Assembly: GCA_038884615.1 (NCBI GenBank)
Contig: JAWABL010000004.1
Location: 4,479 to 68,478, forward strand
Direction of reading: 5' to 3'
Source: Candidatus Woesearchaeota archaeon
Lineage (GTDB): Archaea; Nanobdellota; Nanobdellia; Woesearchaeales; DSVV01
Length of the DNA: 64,000 nucleotides
Made by a program: the position numbers and the translations under genes. Below are positions 1-10,560 of this stretch, piece after piece; within the stretch, counting starts at the first letter, position 1, and each line of letters opens with the position of its first letter. The notes below the pieces were generated by a model. The model was not told where the DNA came from. It searched no databases and saw only the letters and a program-made list of their open reading frames with translations.

Positions 1-2952
1 CCCTATCAAACTATTTGCTTTTATTACCGCAGAAACGCCTTTTCCAATTGTTGTAATCTCAGGAGCTAAATTCAATGCGATCTCTAAAGGAGATTTTGGG
101 ATTATCTCTTCAAACACCACCTTTGCATTTCTCCATCTCTCTTCTGACTTATATACTAGGTTCAACTTCGCAAATTCTGTTACCGCATCCATTGGTATCT
201 TATTTTCTTTAATCATTTCAATTATTTCCGGAGATGCGAAAAAGAGAGCGGGTTTTCCGTCTAACTCTATTTGAATATATTCGTGGGGTGTAACACCCTT
301 GTCTATGGATGTTAGTGTCTTTTCGTCAATAAACTCAACCGTGCCTTCAGTGTGTCTTCTTAGTTCTGCGCCCTTCAGCTTCCTGCCTTCTATGGCGTTT
401 GATAGAAAATTCTGGAAAATTTTTTGGTCGTCGGCTGATAGGGAAGATGTTATCTCTCCCCCGAGTATTTTTAAAGCAACAAGACCATCCCTCAATAACC
501 CTGGCTCTTTTCTTAAATAGGCCCTTGCAACTTCTAACGCAGATAAAATCTCTGCATCTTCTCTATTCACTATCTTTTTTTCTATTTTGCCTTCTTCCAA
601 GTAAAATAAGGGAACCTTTTCAGTGCTCATTAATTCAGCAATCTCTTTATTCATTTGATGTAGTAAATAGGGTTCATGAAAAGCGGCCTGAATTTCTGGG
701 CTTTGAGTAGATGCGAAAATCTCTGGTAAAGTCAGGGATGGGTTTGCTACCCTCGCAGAAAAAATTTGTTGTCCACCTTCATATCTCTCTTGATACACGC
801 CTATCAGCTTCTTAGCTTCTTCAACTGGGTATGTCGCTAGGATTTCTCTTATTAATTCTCTTGAACGAGGGCTGTCTGTGTTAACCGCTTTGGAGGAGTC
901 AATAATGGCTGATACAAATTGAAGCCTTGATTTTAGGAAAATCTCCTCCTGTTTTAGCGCAAATAGCCTCTCAAATTCGGCTTTCTTCTCCTCTTCATTG
1001 TTGTAATCCTTTGTTTCTAGTAGTTTCATTAACTCTTCTGAAGGCGCCTTGGTGCTGAAAAACCATTGATATGTCCCTCTCTCTACAACACGGAACTGGT
1101 CTGTTATTAGATGGTCTTCTTTTGTTATTGTGTATAGGTTTTGGACGGAAATTTTTGTGCCACTATTATCAAAGTTGAAGGCTGTATCGTCAACAATGTA
1201 TATGTTTCTCTGGCTGTCGCCTTTATTAAATGTGCTTACTGCTTGTTTTCCATGCAGGTATTCAAACTCGTCAAGGTATCTTTTCACACTTTTGCTTCCT
1301 CCATCTCCGCCACCTTGGAGATTATTAGATCTGTATACCCCAGTTCCATATACATCACTACCTCTGTTTGGGTTGTATATGTCATTGTCTGCAAAAGTTA
1401 TGCCAAATTCGTTGAACTTTGCAAACTCAATGTATGGCGCAATACTTCCTGCATCAATTCTGTTCTCCATATAATGCAGTTGAGGCACCCTATGCTCTGA
1501 AGAATAATAGTCATTTCCTATCCTGATGAATTTATTGTTTATAATGTTTACTCCCACTATCGTGTCCTTGCCTGATTTGCAACCGTCACAACTTTCAATT
1601 TTTAAGACTGCCATCGGAGTTTCTGTTGGGTCCTTTCCATCTGTATAATAAGAAACCTTGAGATTCTTATCAAATCCCTCATGAAAAGTGTCTCTCTCAA
1701 ATCTTGCTGCGACAAGGCCAGTAATCTCTGCCTTGTAACCTTTATCGCAGCCTAGAGCATTGCAGTTTCCATAGTCGAAAACTGTGAACCTTACAGAACC
1801 GTCCTTTCCCATGTCATCAAAGGAGTTGCATGCGAAGCAAACCGCAACCGAATTTCCACCCGAACCAGTTGCGATCTCAACATCTCCAAAATGTCTTCCT
1901 TCGTCTTTTTTTGGGTCTTTTAAGATGATAAAACTGTTGAACTTTCCAAGCGACCGCCTTTCAAACTTCATCAGCTCAATTTGATTGCTTAAATCAATCG
2001 CCGAGCCTGTTTCGTCAAGCTTGATGATAAATTTTCCGGCGAGGAGGTTGTCTCCGATTCTTAAAACCCCGTCGTTTACCTGCAAATTATTGTTTTCACG
2101 GCGTTGTAAGACGCCATTCTGATTGAGCACTATCTCGGCTTCTCCTATCTGTAGCGCACAGCCGTTTGCGCAGCTTACTATAGAACTACCATCACTAACT
2201 GAAAAAGAAACCGAATTCTTAAGCTCTTTGCCGCTCGTATCAATCCTAAAAACCTCGCCGTTGTATTCGTAACCTTCACCATTTCTTCTTATGGTTCCCT
2301 GAAGTACTTCTAAGAATGGGCCAGTCTCCCTGCGGAGTATGTAGCCACCGCCTTTTAATGCTTCAATTGCCTTAATTGTAGAGTCTTCCCTAATTGTCTT
2401 AAAATCAATCCATACATCTTTGCCATCCTTTGCTCCAAAAAAGAACCTTCCTATGGAGGACTCATATCTATAGGAAATGCCATTTACAAGCAATATATTC
2501 CTAACGCCTGTTTCTGCAACCAAAATCTTCTGTGCGATGCTGTTATCCTCCATGCTTAACACTCTTGAGCCGTCCGCTATATATGACAGATATCTTTTGA
2601 AGGATTCTGGTTGTTCCTCGTATACAATTTTACTTAGAACTTCCCTGAATATTCTTTCATTGCCTGCAATAGCAACTGTTTTGTCCTCAACAACCCTCTT
2701 TGCAAGCTGGAGTTCATTTTCTCTGTAGGTGCTCCTTTCCTTAAGATATTTTAATGCCGCTTCTTTGGCCGCAGGGTTGTCGTAGTTTTTTAGTATGAAC
2801 TCGGCTTTTTGCGCATCCGAAATCTGCTCCAATTGTCGATTAAAATCAACATAGCTCACATCAGAGTCTGGTTCGTCGTTCTGTCCAAAAACGCATAAAG
2901 AGTCCACTACTAAAACAAGTATAAGGAAAAGTGAAATGCTCTTTTTTGTCAT
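1..2952 (-). CDS. Large secreted hypothetical protein (partial; the C-terminus lies beyond the window start, so more than 980 aa are present)
   Basis: A continuous minus-strand reading frame runs from the ATG at 2950-2952 to position 1. This was checked by hand-translating several blocks, which gave MTKKSISLFLILVLVVDSLCVFGQNDEPDSD... and ...NKFIRIGNDYYS..., with no stops. The N-terminus is a hydrophobic signal peptide. The start overlaps the stop of the upstream gene by 4 nt (ATGA). Only short ORFs occur on the opposite strand. Confidence 0.55.
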   Translation of the reverse strand, partial: MTKKSISLFLILVLVVDSLCVFGQNDEPDSDVSYVDFNRQLEQISDAQKAEFILKNYDNPAAKEAALKYLKERSTYRENELQLAKRVVEDKTVAIAGNERIFREVLSKIVYEEQPESFKRYLSYIADGSRVLSMEDNSIAQKILVAETGVRNILLVNGISYRYESSIGRFFFGAKDGKDVWIDFKTIREDSTIKAIEALKGGGYILRRETGPFLEVLQGTIRRNGEGYEYNGEVFRIDTSGKELKNSVSFSVSDGSSIVSCANGCALQIGEAEIVLNQNGVLQRRENNNLQVNDGVLRIGDNLLAGKFIIKLDETGSAIDLSNQIELMKFERRSLGKFNSFIILKDPKKDEGRHFGDVEIATGSGGNSVAVCFACNSFDDMGKDGSVRFTVFDYGNCNALGCDKGYKAEITGLVAARFERDTFHEGFDKNLKVSYYTDGKDPTETPMAVLKIESCDGCKSGKDTIVGVNIINNKFIRIGNDYYSSEHRVPQLHYMENRIDAGSIAPYIEFAKFNEFGITFADNDIYNPNRGSDVYGTGVYRSNNLQGGGDGGSKSVKRYLDEFEYLHGKQAVSTFNKGDSQRNIYIVDDTAFNFDNSGTKISVQNLYTITKEDHLITDQFRVVERGTYQWFFSTKAPSEELMKLLETKDYNNEEEKKAEFERLFALKQEEIFLKSRLQFVSAIIDSSKAVNTDSPRSRELIREILATYPVEEAKKLIGVYQERYEGGQQIFSARVANPSLTLPEIFASTQSPEIQAAFHEPYLLHQMNKEIAELMSTEKVPLFYLEEGKIEKKIVNREDAEILSALEVARAYLRKEPGLLRDGLVALKILGGEITSSLSADDQKIFQNFLSNAIEGRKLKGAELRRHTEGTVEFIDEKTLTSIDKGVTPHEYIQIELDGKPALFFASPEIIEMIKENKIPMDAVTEFAKLNLVYKSEERWRNAKVVFEEIIPKSPLEIALNLAPEITTIGKGVSAVIKANSLIG

Positions 2953-3959
2953 CTTATTTCCAGATAAAACATTTGATTGTCTCTTGCACCTTTTACATCA
3001 ACAACTGTGATGTTTATAATATGAAGCCCAATATTGGCGTAACTTGGTGTAAAGTTTAATATGCCTGTCAGAGGCTCAACTACAAACATTTCAGAGTCAT
3101 CAAAAAATATAAGCGAGTCATTATCTGCGTCTGCCGCAGTAAAAGCGTAATCAAAACTCTTTCCGACCTGAGCTGTCTGGTATCCTATTTCTTTCAGAAC
3201 CGGTGCACTGTTTTTCCAGTATATATCATTATCTCTGGGAATCTCCTTAATTGTTGAATTGCATTGCGAGAACTTCACTGCAAACTGGAAAATATAAGGC
3301 TTGTTTAAATCAGGAACTCTTGATAAATTATCTAATATAATATAGATATCTGTGCAATTATCATATTGCAGCACAGAGATTTCTAAATCCTGATTTAATA
3401 GGAAAGTAAGGTCAACATAGTTTGGGTTTTCCTCAATCTTTTCTATTATCTCTTCTGATTTCTGTCTTATATAACCAATCCTAAAAGGGAGGTCGTACGA
3501 GAAGTCATCGATGTTGATTACAGTGTCGTTTCTAATAAACTTAACAGGAAAATCTACCTTTATTTTAGCCACGGCCGAGGCAATTTTCACTTCAGCAAGA
3601 GCTTCTCCAAACTCAATTGAGTAGCCATGTGTTTCAAACTGCGTTGACCTAATGCAGTGCTTTAGATTATCTTCAATATAAAGTGCCAACTGGTTTTGTA
3701 TGGTTTCAAGAGTAGGAACATCTCCTCTACCTTGTTTATAGTAATATGGCACCGAGAAAAACAAAGTCTCAAGACTATTATTTTTTGTGTTGTAAAAACC
3801 TCCTTGCTTACCAAGGTAATAAGCACCCTCTACTGATGTCCTCTTTACACAAGCATCAATGTAAACTCTAAAAAATGTTTTTTCTGGTTCGGTGTAAGAA
3901 TTGGAAATATCTTTTTTGTACTTTGTTATGTAAAGTGCGGCTGCAAGTATAAATAGCAA
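2949..3959 (-). CDS. Membrane-anchored hypothetical protein, co-transcribed with the large secreted protein
   Basis: 336-aa ORF. The N-terminus (K)AQTTIFITAGIFLLFILAAALYI is a single TM or class-III-signal-like helix. The track start is a TTG. There is no in-frame ATG or GTG upstream before the stop, so the true start is uncertain. A 4-nt overlap with the downstream gene suggests an operon. Confidence 0.5.
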   Translation of the reverse strand: MLFILAAALYITKYKKDISNSYTEPEKTFFRVYIDACVKRTSVEGAYYLGKQGGFYNTKNNSLETLFFSVPYYYKQGRGDVPTLETIQNQLALYIEDNLKHCIRSTQFETHGYSIEFGEALAEVKIASAVAKIKVDFPVKFIRNDTVINIDDFSYDLPFRIGYIRQKSEEIIEKIEENPNYVDLTFLLNQDLEISVLQYDNCTDIYIILDNLSRVPDLNKPYIFQFAVKFSQCNSTIKEIPRDNDIYWKNSAPVLKEIGYQTAQVGKSFDYAFTAADADNDSLIFFDDSEMFVVEPLTGILNFTPSYANIGLHIINITVVDVKGARDNQMFYLEIR

Positions 3960-4407
3960 AAATATGCCAGCCGTTATAAATATAGTTGTCTGCGCCTTTT
4001 CAATAAGGCCTCACCATTCTCCTTTTAATTCCTACTTTGATGATGAAATTCTCTTTGCAAAAAAAGAAAAGGCACCGCGCATCTTTTGGTTGCAACATCC
4101 ATCCTCTTATTGTCCTTTCTGCCTTGATATGTTTTCTGCTATATTCTTTTGGCTACTATCACTTTGCTACCTTTATCACTGCAGCATAAGGTGCAGCATA
4201 AAATAACTTTTATTCCTTTTTGTTCTCCTCTTATTATCCTTTTTATTTATTTTTTTCTGGATTTTTCTTTTTTTTACTCTCTTTCTTAGTCATAAGCTAT
4301 TAACTTAAATTTTTTGTTATTGTTATGATTTTTATAATCTTTATAATCTTTATACATCCACTTTATTTATTGAACACATAGCGCAACTATTAAGAGCCAT
4401 TGACAAC

Positions 4408-4445
4408 TATTATATACTTCATCTATTTTAGACATTTTGGGTGAT
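4408..4445 (+). promoter_or_regulatory. Putative archaeal TATA box (TATTATATA, 4408-4416) plus a GGGTGAT ribosome-binding site (4439-4445) upstream of the FKBP gene
   Basis: An AT-rich TATA-like octamer lies about 33 bp upstream of the ATG at 4449. A GGTGA-type SD lies 4 nt before that ATG. This SD motif recurs before many genes in the window. Confidence 0.3.
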
Positions 4446-4448
4446 TTT

Positions 4449-4874
4449 ATGCGAATAAAAGAAGGAAGCAGGGTAAAGGTCCATTATACAGGGACGCTTG
4501 ATGATGGAAGTGTGTTTGACAGCTCAGAGGGGGGCGAACCTTTGGAGTTTACAATCGGAGATGGGCAGATAATAAAAGGTTTTGAAGAGGGACTGTTGGG
4601 CAAAGAGGCTGGAGATGAGGCAAACTTTAAGATTCTGCCAGATGAGGCGTATGGCCGTGAAATACCTGAGTTTGTGCAGAAAGTTTCAAAAGAATTTATT
4701 CCACCTGGTATGGATGTTAAAACCGGCTCTCTAGTTGTGCTTAGGGCACCTGATGGTAGGCATATTCATGCGCGTGTAAAGGAGATAAGCGAGGGAGAAG
4801 TCACGCTTGATTTTAATCATCCACTTGCTGGTAAAACTCTTGCTTTTAGGGTAAAAATTATAGAGGTAAGATAA
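4449..4874 (+). CDS. slyD: FKBP-type peptidyl-prolyl cis-trans isomerase (SlyD-like)
   Basis: MRIKEGSRVKVHYTGTLDDGSVFDSSEGGEPLEFTIGDGQIIKGFEEGLLG matches the FKBP fold signature, and the IF/chaperone insert domain follows. The track starts 12 nt upstream at a TTG. The SD (GGGTGAT) supports the ATG at 4449. Confidence 0.85.
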   Translation: MRIKEGSRVKVHYTGTLDDGSVFDSSEGGEPLEFTIGDGQIIKGFEEGLLGKEAGDEANFKILPDEAYGREIPEFVQKVSKEFIPPGMDVKTGSLVVLRAPDGRHIHARVKEISEGEVTLDFNHPLAGKTLAFRVKIIEVR

Positions 4875-4904
4875 AAATACGAGTAATATCCAAATTAGCC
4901 AATC

Positions 4905-5117
4905 TTAGCTTAAATATCTTTTTTTGCCTACAAAATAGGCAATTAGAAACAGCACAATAAAGCTCGTAAAGAACAATATCACAAGCGGAAAAAATGGGGC
5001 ATTTTTAGCACTGACTTTTATAAATACTAGTATGAGGGTAATAAGCATAAAAAGACCTAGGCTTACAATAAGTTCCTTTTTCCAGTAACTCCTCCATCTT
5101 TTTAAGTTATAAGGCAT
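4905..5117 (-). CDS. Small hypothetical membrane protein (two predicted TM helices)
   Basis: 70-aa ORF with two hydrophobic stretches (LIVSLGLFMLITLILVFI and FFPLVILFFTSFIVLFLIAYFV). No recognised family. Confidence 0.3.
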   Translation of the reverse strand: MPYNLKRWRSYWKKELIVSLGLFMLITLILVFIKVSAKNAPFFPLVILFFTSFIVLFLIAYFVGKKRYLS

Positions 5118-5346
5118 TTTAGTATTTTATAATCTGCTTTATACCCCTTTAATCCTTTAATTCTTTTTTTATATTTTTAATATTAATTCTTTATACAATT
5201 CTTTATATTATACTTATTATCTCTTTATATTATACTAGTTATTATACTAGTTATCATACTCTTTAAATTTAGAATATTTAAATAATTTTAGCATAATCTT
5301 TATAAACTACTCCCACATCCATTCAAACTAACTGGAAGGTGATAAA

Positions 5347-5769
5347 ATGGCAGTTATTGGTTTTAATTTCAACAAAATTGTAGCAGAGCGGGGTTCGGCT
5401 CCAAAGGAAAAGGTGAGTGTAAGCAATAATTTGAGCATTAAGGATGTTGAAGAGGTGTCTATTGCGTTCGGAAAGGAAAAACAGAAGGCCCTAAGGTTTC
5501 TTTTTCAGTTTGAGTCAAAATACTCACCCCAAGATGTAGGGAACCTTAGTATTGATGGTGAAATCCTATATATGCAGGAACCCAAAAAACTAAAGGAAAT
5601 CCAAGAATATTGGAAAAAAAATAATAAGCTTCCGAATGATGTTATGCCTATTGTTATGAATCATATACTTTTCAAGACAAACCTTAAGGCGTTGAATCTG
5701 GCTAGTGATGTGAATCTTCCATTGCCATTGCCAATGCCGAGAGTGCGAAATGCGGGAAGCAAAGCTTAA
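5347..5769 (+). CDS. Hypothetical protein (140 aa) overlapping the start of cdc48
   Basis: The ORF is preceded by a GGAAGGTGA SD. It overlaps the CDC48 start by 20 nt. No recognisable motif. Confidence 0.4.
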   Translation: MAVIGFNFNKIVAERGSAPKEKVSVSNNLSIKDVEEVSIAFGKEKQKALRFLFQFESKYSPQDVGNLSIDGEILYMQEPKKLKEIQEYWKKNNKLPNDVMPIVMNHILFKTNLKALNLASDVNLPLPLPMPRVRNAGSKA

Positions 5770-8248
5770 GGTGGCGGAAGCCATACAGGATGATGTAAAC
5801 AAGGGCATTGTTAGAATGGATTCTGGCTTTATGCACGATATTGGTGTAAGGCCAGGTGACATTGTTGAGATTGAAGGAGAAAGAAAAACAGTTGGAATAG
5901 TTGATAGAAGCTATCCTGGGGATATCGGACTTAAAATTATTCGGATGGACGGAATTGTAAGACGCAATGCCAAGACCGGCATAGGCGAGACTGTTGTTGT
6001 AAGAAAGGCTGATGTCAAAGAGGCTAAGAAAATAGTAATCGCACCAGCACAGAAAGGAATTATGGTGAGGGTATCACCACATCTTCTTAAGCAGGGGCTG
6101 CTTGGCAGGGCGGCTGTTAAAGGTGACATTATAAGTCTTGGAGGCACAAGTCGCAGAAGAACAGCCATGGGCGGTTCGCCTTTCTTTGATGATATCTTTG
6201 CGAGTATGCTTGATGAAGGAGTGCAAAGTTTTGGATTTTCAGATATAAAATTTATTGTTGTGGATACAATGCCGAAGCAACCTGTTATTATAACCGAGCT
6301 TACTGAGATAGTATTTAATCCCGAGGCTGTGGAGGTAAGAGAGGAAAAAGTTCTTGAGGTAACCTATGAGGATATTGGCGGGCTTGGGGACGAAATAAAA
6401 AAAATAAGGGAAATGGTTGAGCTTCCTCTGAAGCACCCCGAAATATTTGAAAGGCTGGGAATAGAACCACCAAAAGGCGTTCTTTTGCATGGCCCACCTG
6501 GAACTGGGAAAACACTGCTCGCAAAGGCAGTTGCGAATGAAACAGCAAGCAATTTTTATCTTATTAATGGTCCTGAAATAATGAGCAAATTCTATGGGCA
6601 GTCTGAAGCAAACCTCAGAAAAAAGTTTGAAGATGCCGAGAAAAACGCACCTTCGATAGTGTTTATTGATGAAATTGACAGCCTTGCACCAAAAAGAGAG
6701 GAAAGTTACGGCGAGGTTGAGAGAAGGGTTGTTGCGCAGCTTCTTGCATTAATGGACGGGTTAAAAAGCAGGGGACGAGTTGTTGTTATTGCAGCGACAA
6801 ATATACCAGATGTTCTTGATCCAGCACTCAGAAGGCCTGGGCGCTTTGACAGAGAAATTGAAATCGGCGTGCCAAGCAAAGAGGGCAGACTTTCAATCTT
6901 AAAAATACACACACGAAACATGCCTCTGTTCGGACCTCTTGATGCACTTAGGGAAAATGCAAATATCGAGGAAAACTATAAGGAAGCAATAATTGACCTA
7001 TTTGCCAATATACGTGACAAGGAAGGCATAAATCTAAGAACACTAGATAAACAGATAGGAAAGTATCTCAAGGATAATCCTGATAAAAACAAGCTTTTTT
7101 CCGAACTTGACTATAACAAAATAAAACAGTACATCCAGATGATAACCGAGGATCAAAGAATTGTAGATTTGAAAACTATAGCTGAAATTACACATGGTTT
7201 TGTAGGTGCAGACTTAAGCGCACTTACAAAAGAGGCTGCAATGGAAGTTCTAAGAAGGCTGCTTCCTGAGATAAAACTTAGAGAGGACGAGCCTATCCCA
7301 AAAGAGCTTTTAGAAAAACTAAAAATAACACAACAGGACATGAAAGAGGCGCTAAGAAGCGTTAGGCCTAGTGCAATGCGTGAAGTGCTCGTTGAAGTTC
7401 CCAATGTTAAGTGGTCTGATATAGGTGGACTTGATGATGTCAAGCAGGAGCTGATAGAAGCAGTTGAGTGGCCCATAAAAAACCCGCAAAGTTTCAGGAG
7501 GCTCGGCGTCTCCCCTCCTAAAGGAATTCTTATATATGGTCCGCCTGGGACTGGAAAAACAATGCTTGGTAAGGCTGTTGCAACCGAGAGCCAGGCAAAC
7601 TTTATACTTGTAAAAGGACCTGAGCTGCTTTCAAAGTGGGTTGGCGAAAGCGAAAAGGCAGTGAGAAAAATATTTAAAAAAGCTAGGCAGGCATCGCCGA
7701 CTATTATATTCTTTGACGAGATAGATAGCCTTGCTCCAAAGCGCGATGCAAGTTCAGACAGTCATGTTACAGAAAGAGTGGTAAACCAACTGCTCACAGA
7801 AATGGATGGGCTTGAAGAATTGCATGATGTAGTTATAATTGCTGCGACCAATAGGCCAGATATAATTGACGCTGCCCTTCTCAGGCCAGGAAGATTTGAC
7901 AGACTTATTTATACGCCTGTACCTGATGAAAAATCAAGAGAAGAAATATTCAAGGTACACACTCGAAAAATGCCCTTGAAGGATGTAAGCCTAAAAGAAC
8001 TTGCTAGAGAAACAGAGGGTTATGTAGGTGCGGACATAGAGGCTGTTTGCAGAGAGGCTGCGATGCTGGCGCTTCGAGACGATATAAATACTAAAGAGGT
8101 AACAAAAAAATATTTTGATATGGCAATGGAAAAAGTAAGGCCGTCTGTTACCAAAGAGGTAGAAAAAGTATATAAAGAGATGGAGAATTATCTGCGCTCT
8201 GCAAAGGCCAATGAAATAAAAGAAGAAAAACCTGCGTACATGGGCTGA
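5750..8248 (+). CDS. cdc48: CDC48/VCP/VAT-type AAA+ ATPase (N-domain plus two AAA modules)
   Basis: Two Walker A motifs (GPPGTGKT twice), two Walker B motifs (IVFIDEIDS and IIFFDEIDS) and arginine fingers ([11 protein letters not shown] and [11 protein letters not shown]). There is a double-psi-barrel N-domain ([25 protein letters not shown]). Length is 832 aa. Confidence 0.95.
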   Translation: MREAKLKVAEAIQDDVNKGIVRMDSGFMHDIGVRPGDIVEIEGERKTVGIVDRSYPGDIGLKIIRMDGIVRRNAKTGIGETVVVRKADVKEAKKIVIAPAQKGIMVRVSPHLLKQGLLGRAAVKGDIISLGGTSRRRTAMGGSPFFDDIFASMLDEGVQSFGFSDIKFIVVDTMPKQPVIITELTEIVFNPEAVEVREEKVLEVTYEDIGGLGDEIKKIREMVELPLKHPEIFERLGIEPPKGVLLHGPPGTGKTLLAKAVANETASNFYLINGPEIMSKFYGQSEANLRKKFEDAEKNAPSIVFIDEIDSLAPKREESYGEVERRVVAQLLALMDGLKSRGRVVVIAATNIPDVLDPALRRPGRFDREIEIGVPSKEGRLSILKIHTRNMPLFGPLDALRENANIEENYKEAIIDLFANIRDKEGINLRTLDKQIGKYLKDNPDKNKLFSELDYNKIKQYIQMITEDQRIVDLKTIAEITHGFVGADLSALTKEAAMEVLRRLLPEIKLREDEPIPKELLEKLKITQQDMKEALRSVRPSAMREVLVEVPNVKWSDIGGLDDVKQELIEAVEWPIKNPQSFRRLGVSPPKGILIYGPPGTGKTMLGKAVATESQANFILVKGPELLSKWVGESEKAVRKIFKKARQASPTIIFFDEIDSLAPKRDASSDSHVTERVVNQLLTEMDGLEELHDVVIIAATNRPDIIDAALLRPGRFDRLIYTPVPDEKSREEIFKVHTRKMPLKDVSLKELARETEGYVGADIEAVCREAAMLALRDDINTKEVTKKYFDMAMEKVRPSVTKEVEKVYKEMENYLRSAKANEIKEEKPAYMG

Positions 8249-8327
8249 TTTATGAGTTGGTTTGTTGCTTTACTAACACAAAAAATAGGAAAACACTTTT
8301 AAACCCGACATTATTTTCGCTACTAAA

Positions 8328-8537
8328 ATGGTTAAAAGATCATTGCCTTTATCGTCCATGGAGAGAATACTTAAAAAGTGCGGTGCTGAAAGAGTTAGTG
8401 ATGAGGCGAAAAAAGCACTTAAAGCGGTAATTGAAGAACGCGCCACTGCCATCGCACAGAAAGCAATAAAAATTGCCGAGCACACAGGCAGAAAAACTGT
8501 TAAGGGAGCGGATATAAGGTTAGCAGTCAGAAGGTGA
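8328..8537 (+). CDS. Archaeal histone (HMf family)
   Basis: 69 aa. LPLSSMERILKKCGAERVSDEAKKALKAVIEE...HTGRKTVKGADIRLAVRR aligns along its whole length to HMfB (AGAERVSD...HAGRKTIKAEDIELAVRR). Confidence 0.9.
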   Translation: MVKRSLPLSSMERILKKCGAERVSDEAKKALKAVIEERATAIAQKAIKIAEHTGRKTVKGADIRLAVRR

Positions 8538-8558
8538 GTTTTTTAAAAGGTGAATCTG

Positions 8559-8786
8559 ATGGGAAGAATAAAAACAGACCTGATAAAGCGCATTACACAT
8601 AAAATAATGGAGAAGCATGGATATAAAATTACGGATAATTTTGAAAAAAACAAACAGATTGTTGGGATGCTTGTTGATTTTCCATCAAAAAAAATAAGAA
8701 ATGTCGTTGCGGGCTATGCAACTCGGCTTGTTAAAATGCGGAATCGGCCGAGGGTAAGAAGAATTGTCCAGTCTGAAGAGATGTGA
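8559..8786 (+). CDS. rps17e: Ribosomal protein S17e
   Basis: MGRIKTDLIKRITHKIMEKH... is the conserved S17e N-terminus. AGGTGA lies 6 nt upstream of the ATG at 8559. The track start at 8550 is probably over-extended. Confidence 0.85.
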   Translation: MGRIKTDLIKRITHKIMEKHGYKITDNFEKNKQIVGMLVDFPSKKIRNVVAGYATRLVKMRNRPRVRRIVQSEEM

Positions 8787-8974
8787 AAATGGGAACTACG
8801 CTTTATAGCAAGAGGTACAATCCTAGATTTGGGAGAAACCGAAGACCTAGACCCAAGACCTTTAATACGCAAGAGGCTGCAAAGAAGTGGGCTCAAACAA
8901 AAGGACTTACTAATTTTGAAATTGTTCCTGCAAAAAAAGACAAATGGGCCGTAAAGACTTTAGAGTTACACTAG
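8783..8974 (+). CDS. Small basic hypothetical protein
   Basis: 63-aa ORF rich in K and R, overlapping the S17e stop. No recognised family. Confidence 0.3.
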   Translation: MKMGTTLYSKRYNPRFGRNRRPRPKTFNTQEAAKKWAQTKGLTNFEIVPAKKDKWAVKTLELH

Positions 8975-9150
8975 ACTCTAAATTAAACTCAAAAAAATAA
9001 AAGATTTATTAACAAATTTTTAAACTGGAGTAATATATAAAGATAATATTAATATAGAGATAATATCTTTATTGGAGCAAAAATTTCGTATGCGATTCCT
9101 GAAAAATTCTAAAGTTTCAAGTTATATATCTGTAAGTTATATATTTGTAT

Positions 9151-10470
9151 CTAGTTTATACTGCAACATACCTTTTTGTCGTATTCTGAGTTGCAATCTC
9201 CAATATAAGCGTCTGTTTGCTCTCCAACATCGTTTCCAAAACTGAAAAGACATCCTTCATTTCCGCTGCAACCACCAGCACTTCCGCTCTTAACACTACA
9301 AGTCGTGTCTCCTATGTTGGTATCTAAGCAAAGCCGTATGCTATAAAATGGAGTAGTATCATCATATCTTGCAATCTTGCTGTTGTTCCATGAAGACAGT
9401 TCAATTATGCCTGCAGACGACCCAGATATGTCCATGCACCTTTCCGAATCGCTTATATTGAAAACCTCCAAAACATCGAGTGTTCTTGACCTGCAGCAAA
9501 GAGTCCATTTGTAATCACTATAATTTGTTGTCTGGACAACTGCCTTATCATGCCCTCTGGTGCTGTTCTCCAGCCTTAAAATCGGTATCTCTTTTGTAAT
9601 GTCATTACATTCTGAGCTGTAGTTTATCATCCTGCAGACAATATCCCCTCTATAGTCCAAAAGGCCGTCACAATCATTGTCAATTCCATCATTGTCTATA
9701 GTTTCGCTTATCTCATAATCTGCTGATACAGATGGCTCATTGCCACCATTTATAGGGCTATCATCACCGCAGCACGCGTTTTGTCCAAAATATCCTGTCC
9801 AGTTATAGCCACTCGCAAGGCAAAGATAAATGCATGAATCGTTGTCGGTGTAAATCTCGTCGGTCTCTCCGTCGCAGTCGTCATCAAGAGCGTTGCAGTC
9901 TTCAGGCCTTGGCAGTATCTCATTTACGCAAACACTTTTATCCCCAAGACTGCACCTCAAGTTGCCTTCTTTACAGACACCTTGCAGGGTGTTTTCATCG
10001 CTATGGCACGATTCCTCAACACATGTATAATCTAGTCCTGTGCTTAGAATTATTACGCCGTAATCCTTTACTATATATATCAAGCCGCCACCAATATTGC
10101 TTTTATTTATCATGTCAACAAGCAAAACATCTGATTTAAAGGATACGCTTGTTATGCCTACAGGCGTTGAAATATTGAATACAAGCTCATTTCCAGCTCC
10201 TTTTGGAACATATATGCTCTCAACAGAGTCAGGCGTCTTAAAATTTAATTTTCTTAAAGTGTAACCCCCAGTTGAGTAAGCCATCTCTGCAACATCAATT
10301 ATCTCGTTGCCTATTTTCTTTACCTCTATAGTCTCAACATCGCTTACCGTCCTTTTGTGAAAATAATAGTATCCTACTAGCGCACCTATGAGTGCGAGAA
10401 AAACAAGGGTTATTGTTAATAAATATTCAAGACTCTGCTGCCCGTTTTTTCTTATGCCACCCTTTTTCAT
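9151..10470 (-). CDS. Type IV pilin-like protein with a large Cys-rich C-terminal domain carrying MopE-like metal-binding motifs
   Basis: The N-terminus MKKGGIRKNGQQSLEYLLTITLVFLALIGALVGYYYF matches the archaeal class III signal/pilin consensus (K-G-Q...E-Y-L plus a hydrophobic helix). The C-terminus has more than 35 Cys and two copies of C-x-x-x-DDDCDGETDE and DNDCDGLLDY. Confidence 0.6.
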   Translation of the reverse strand: MKKGGIRKNGQQSLEYLLTITLVFLALIGALVGYYYFHKRTVSDVETIEVKKIGNEIIDVAEMAYSTGGYTLRKLNFKTPDSVESIYVPKGAGNELVFNISTPVGITSVSFKSDVLLVDMINKSNIGGGLIYIVKDYGVIILSTGLDYTCVEESCHSDENTLQGVCKEGNLRCSLGDKSVCVNEILPRPEDCNALDDDCDGETDEIYTDNDSCIYLCLASGYNWTGYFGQNACCGDDSPINGGNEPSVSADYEISETIDNDGIDNDCDGLLDYRGDIVCRMINYSSECNDITKEIPILRLENSTRGHDKAVVQTTNYSDYKWTLCCRSRTLDVLEVFNISDSERCMDISGSSAGIIELSSWNNSKIARYDDTTPFYSIRLCLDTNIGDTTCSVKSGSAGGCSGNEGCLFSFGNDVGEQTDAYIGDCNSEYDKKVCCSIN

Positions 10471-10560
10471 ATTTTCAGCACATAATTTTTTTCAGCAAAT
10501 ATACTCTCTAAACTATATCATCTGCTCAGTAGTATTTATAAATATTTTTCTTTTATCTTG

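Noticed and set aside
299-2728. Plus-strand ORFs from the track (73-119 aa) in the first 3 kb
   Set aside because: All lie antisense to a long, uninterrupted minus-strand reading frame with a signal peptide. Their composition is low-complexity. They are treated as shadow ORFs.
5160-5260. Short tandem duplication (tatactagttat x2) upstream of ORF 5347
   Set aside because: Only two imperfect copies in an AT-rich promoter-like stretch. There is no evidence of function.
5911-7476. Minus-strand ORFs inside cdc48 (62-107 aa)
   Set aside because: They are antisense to a highly conserved AAA ATPase gene. These are classic shadow ORFs.
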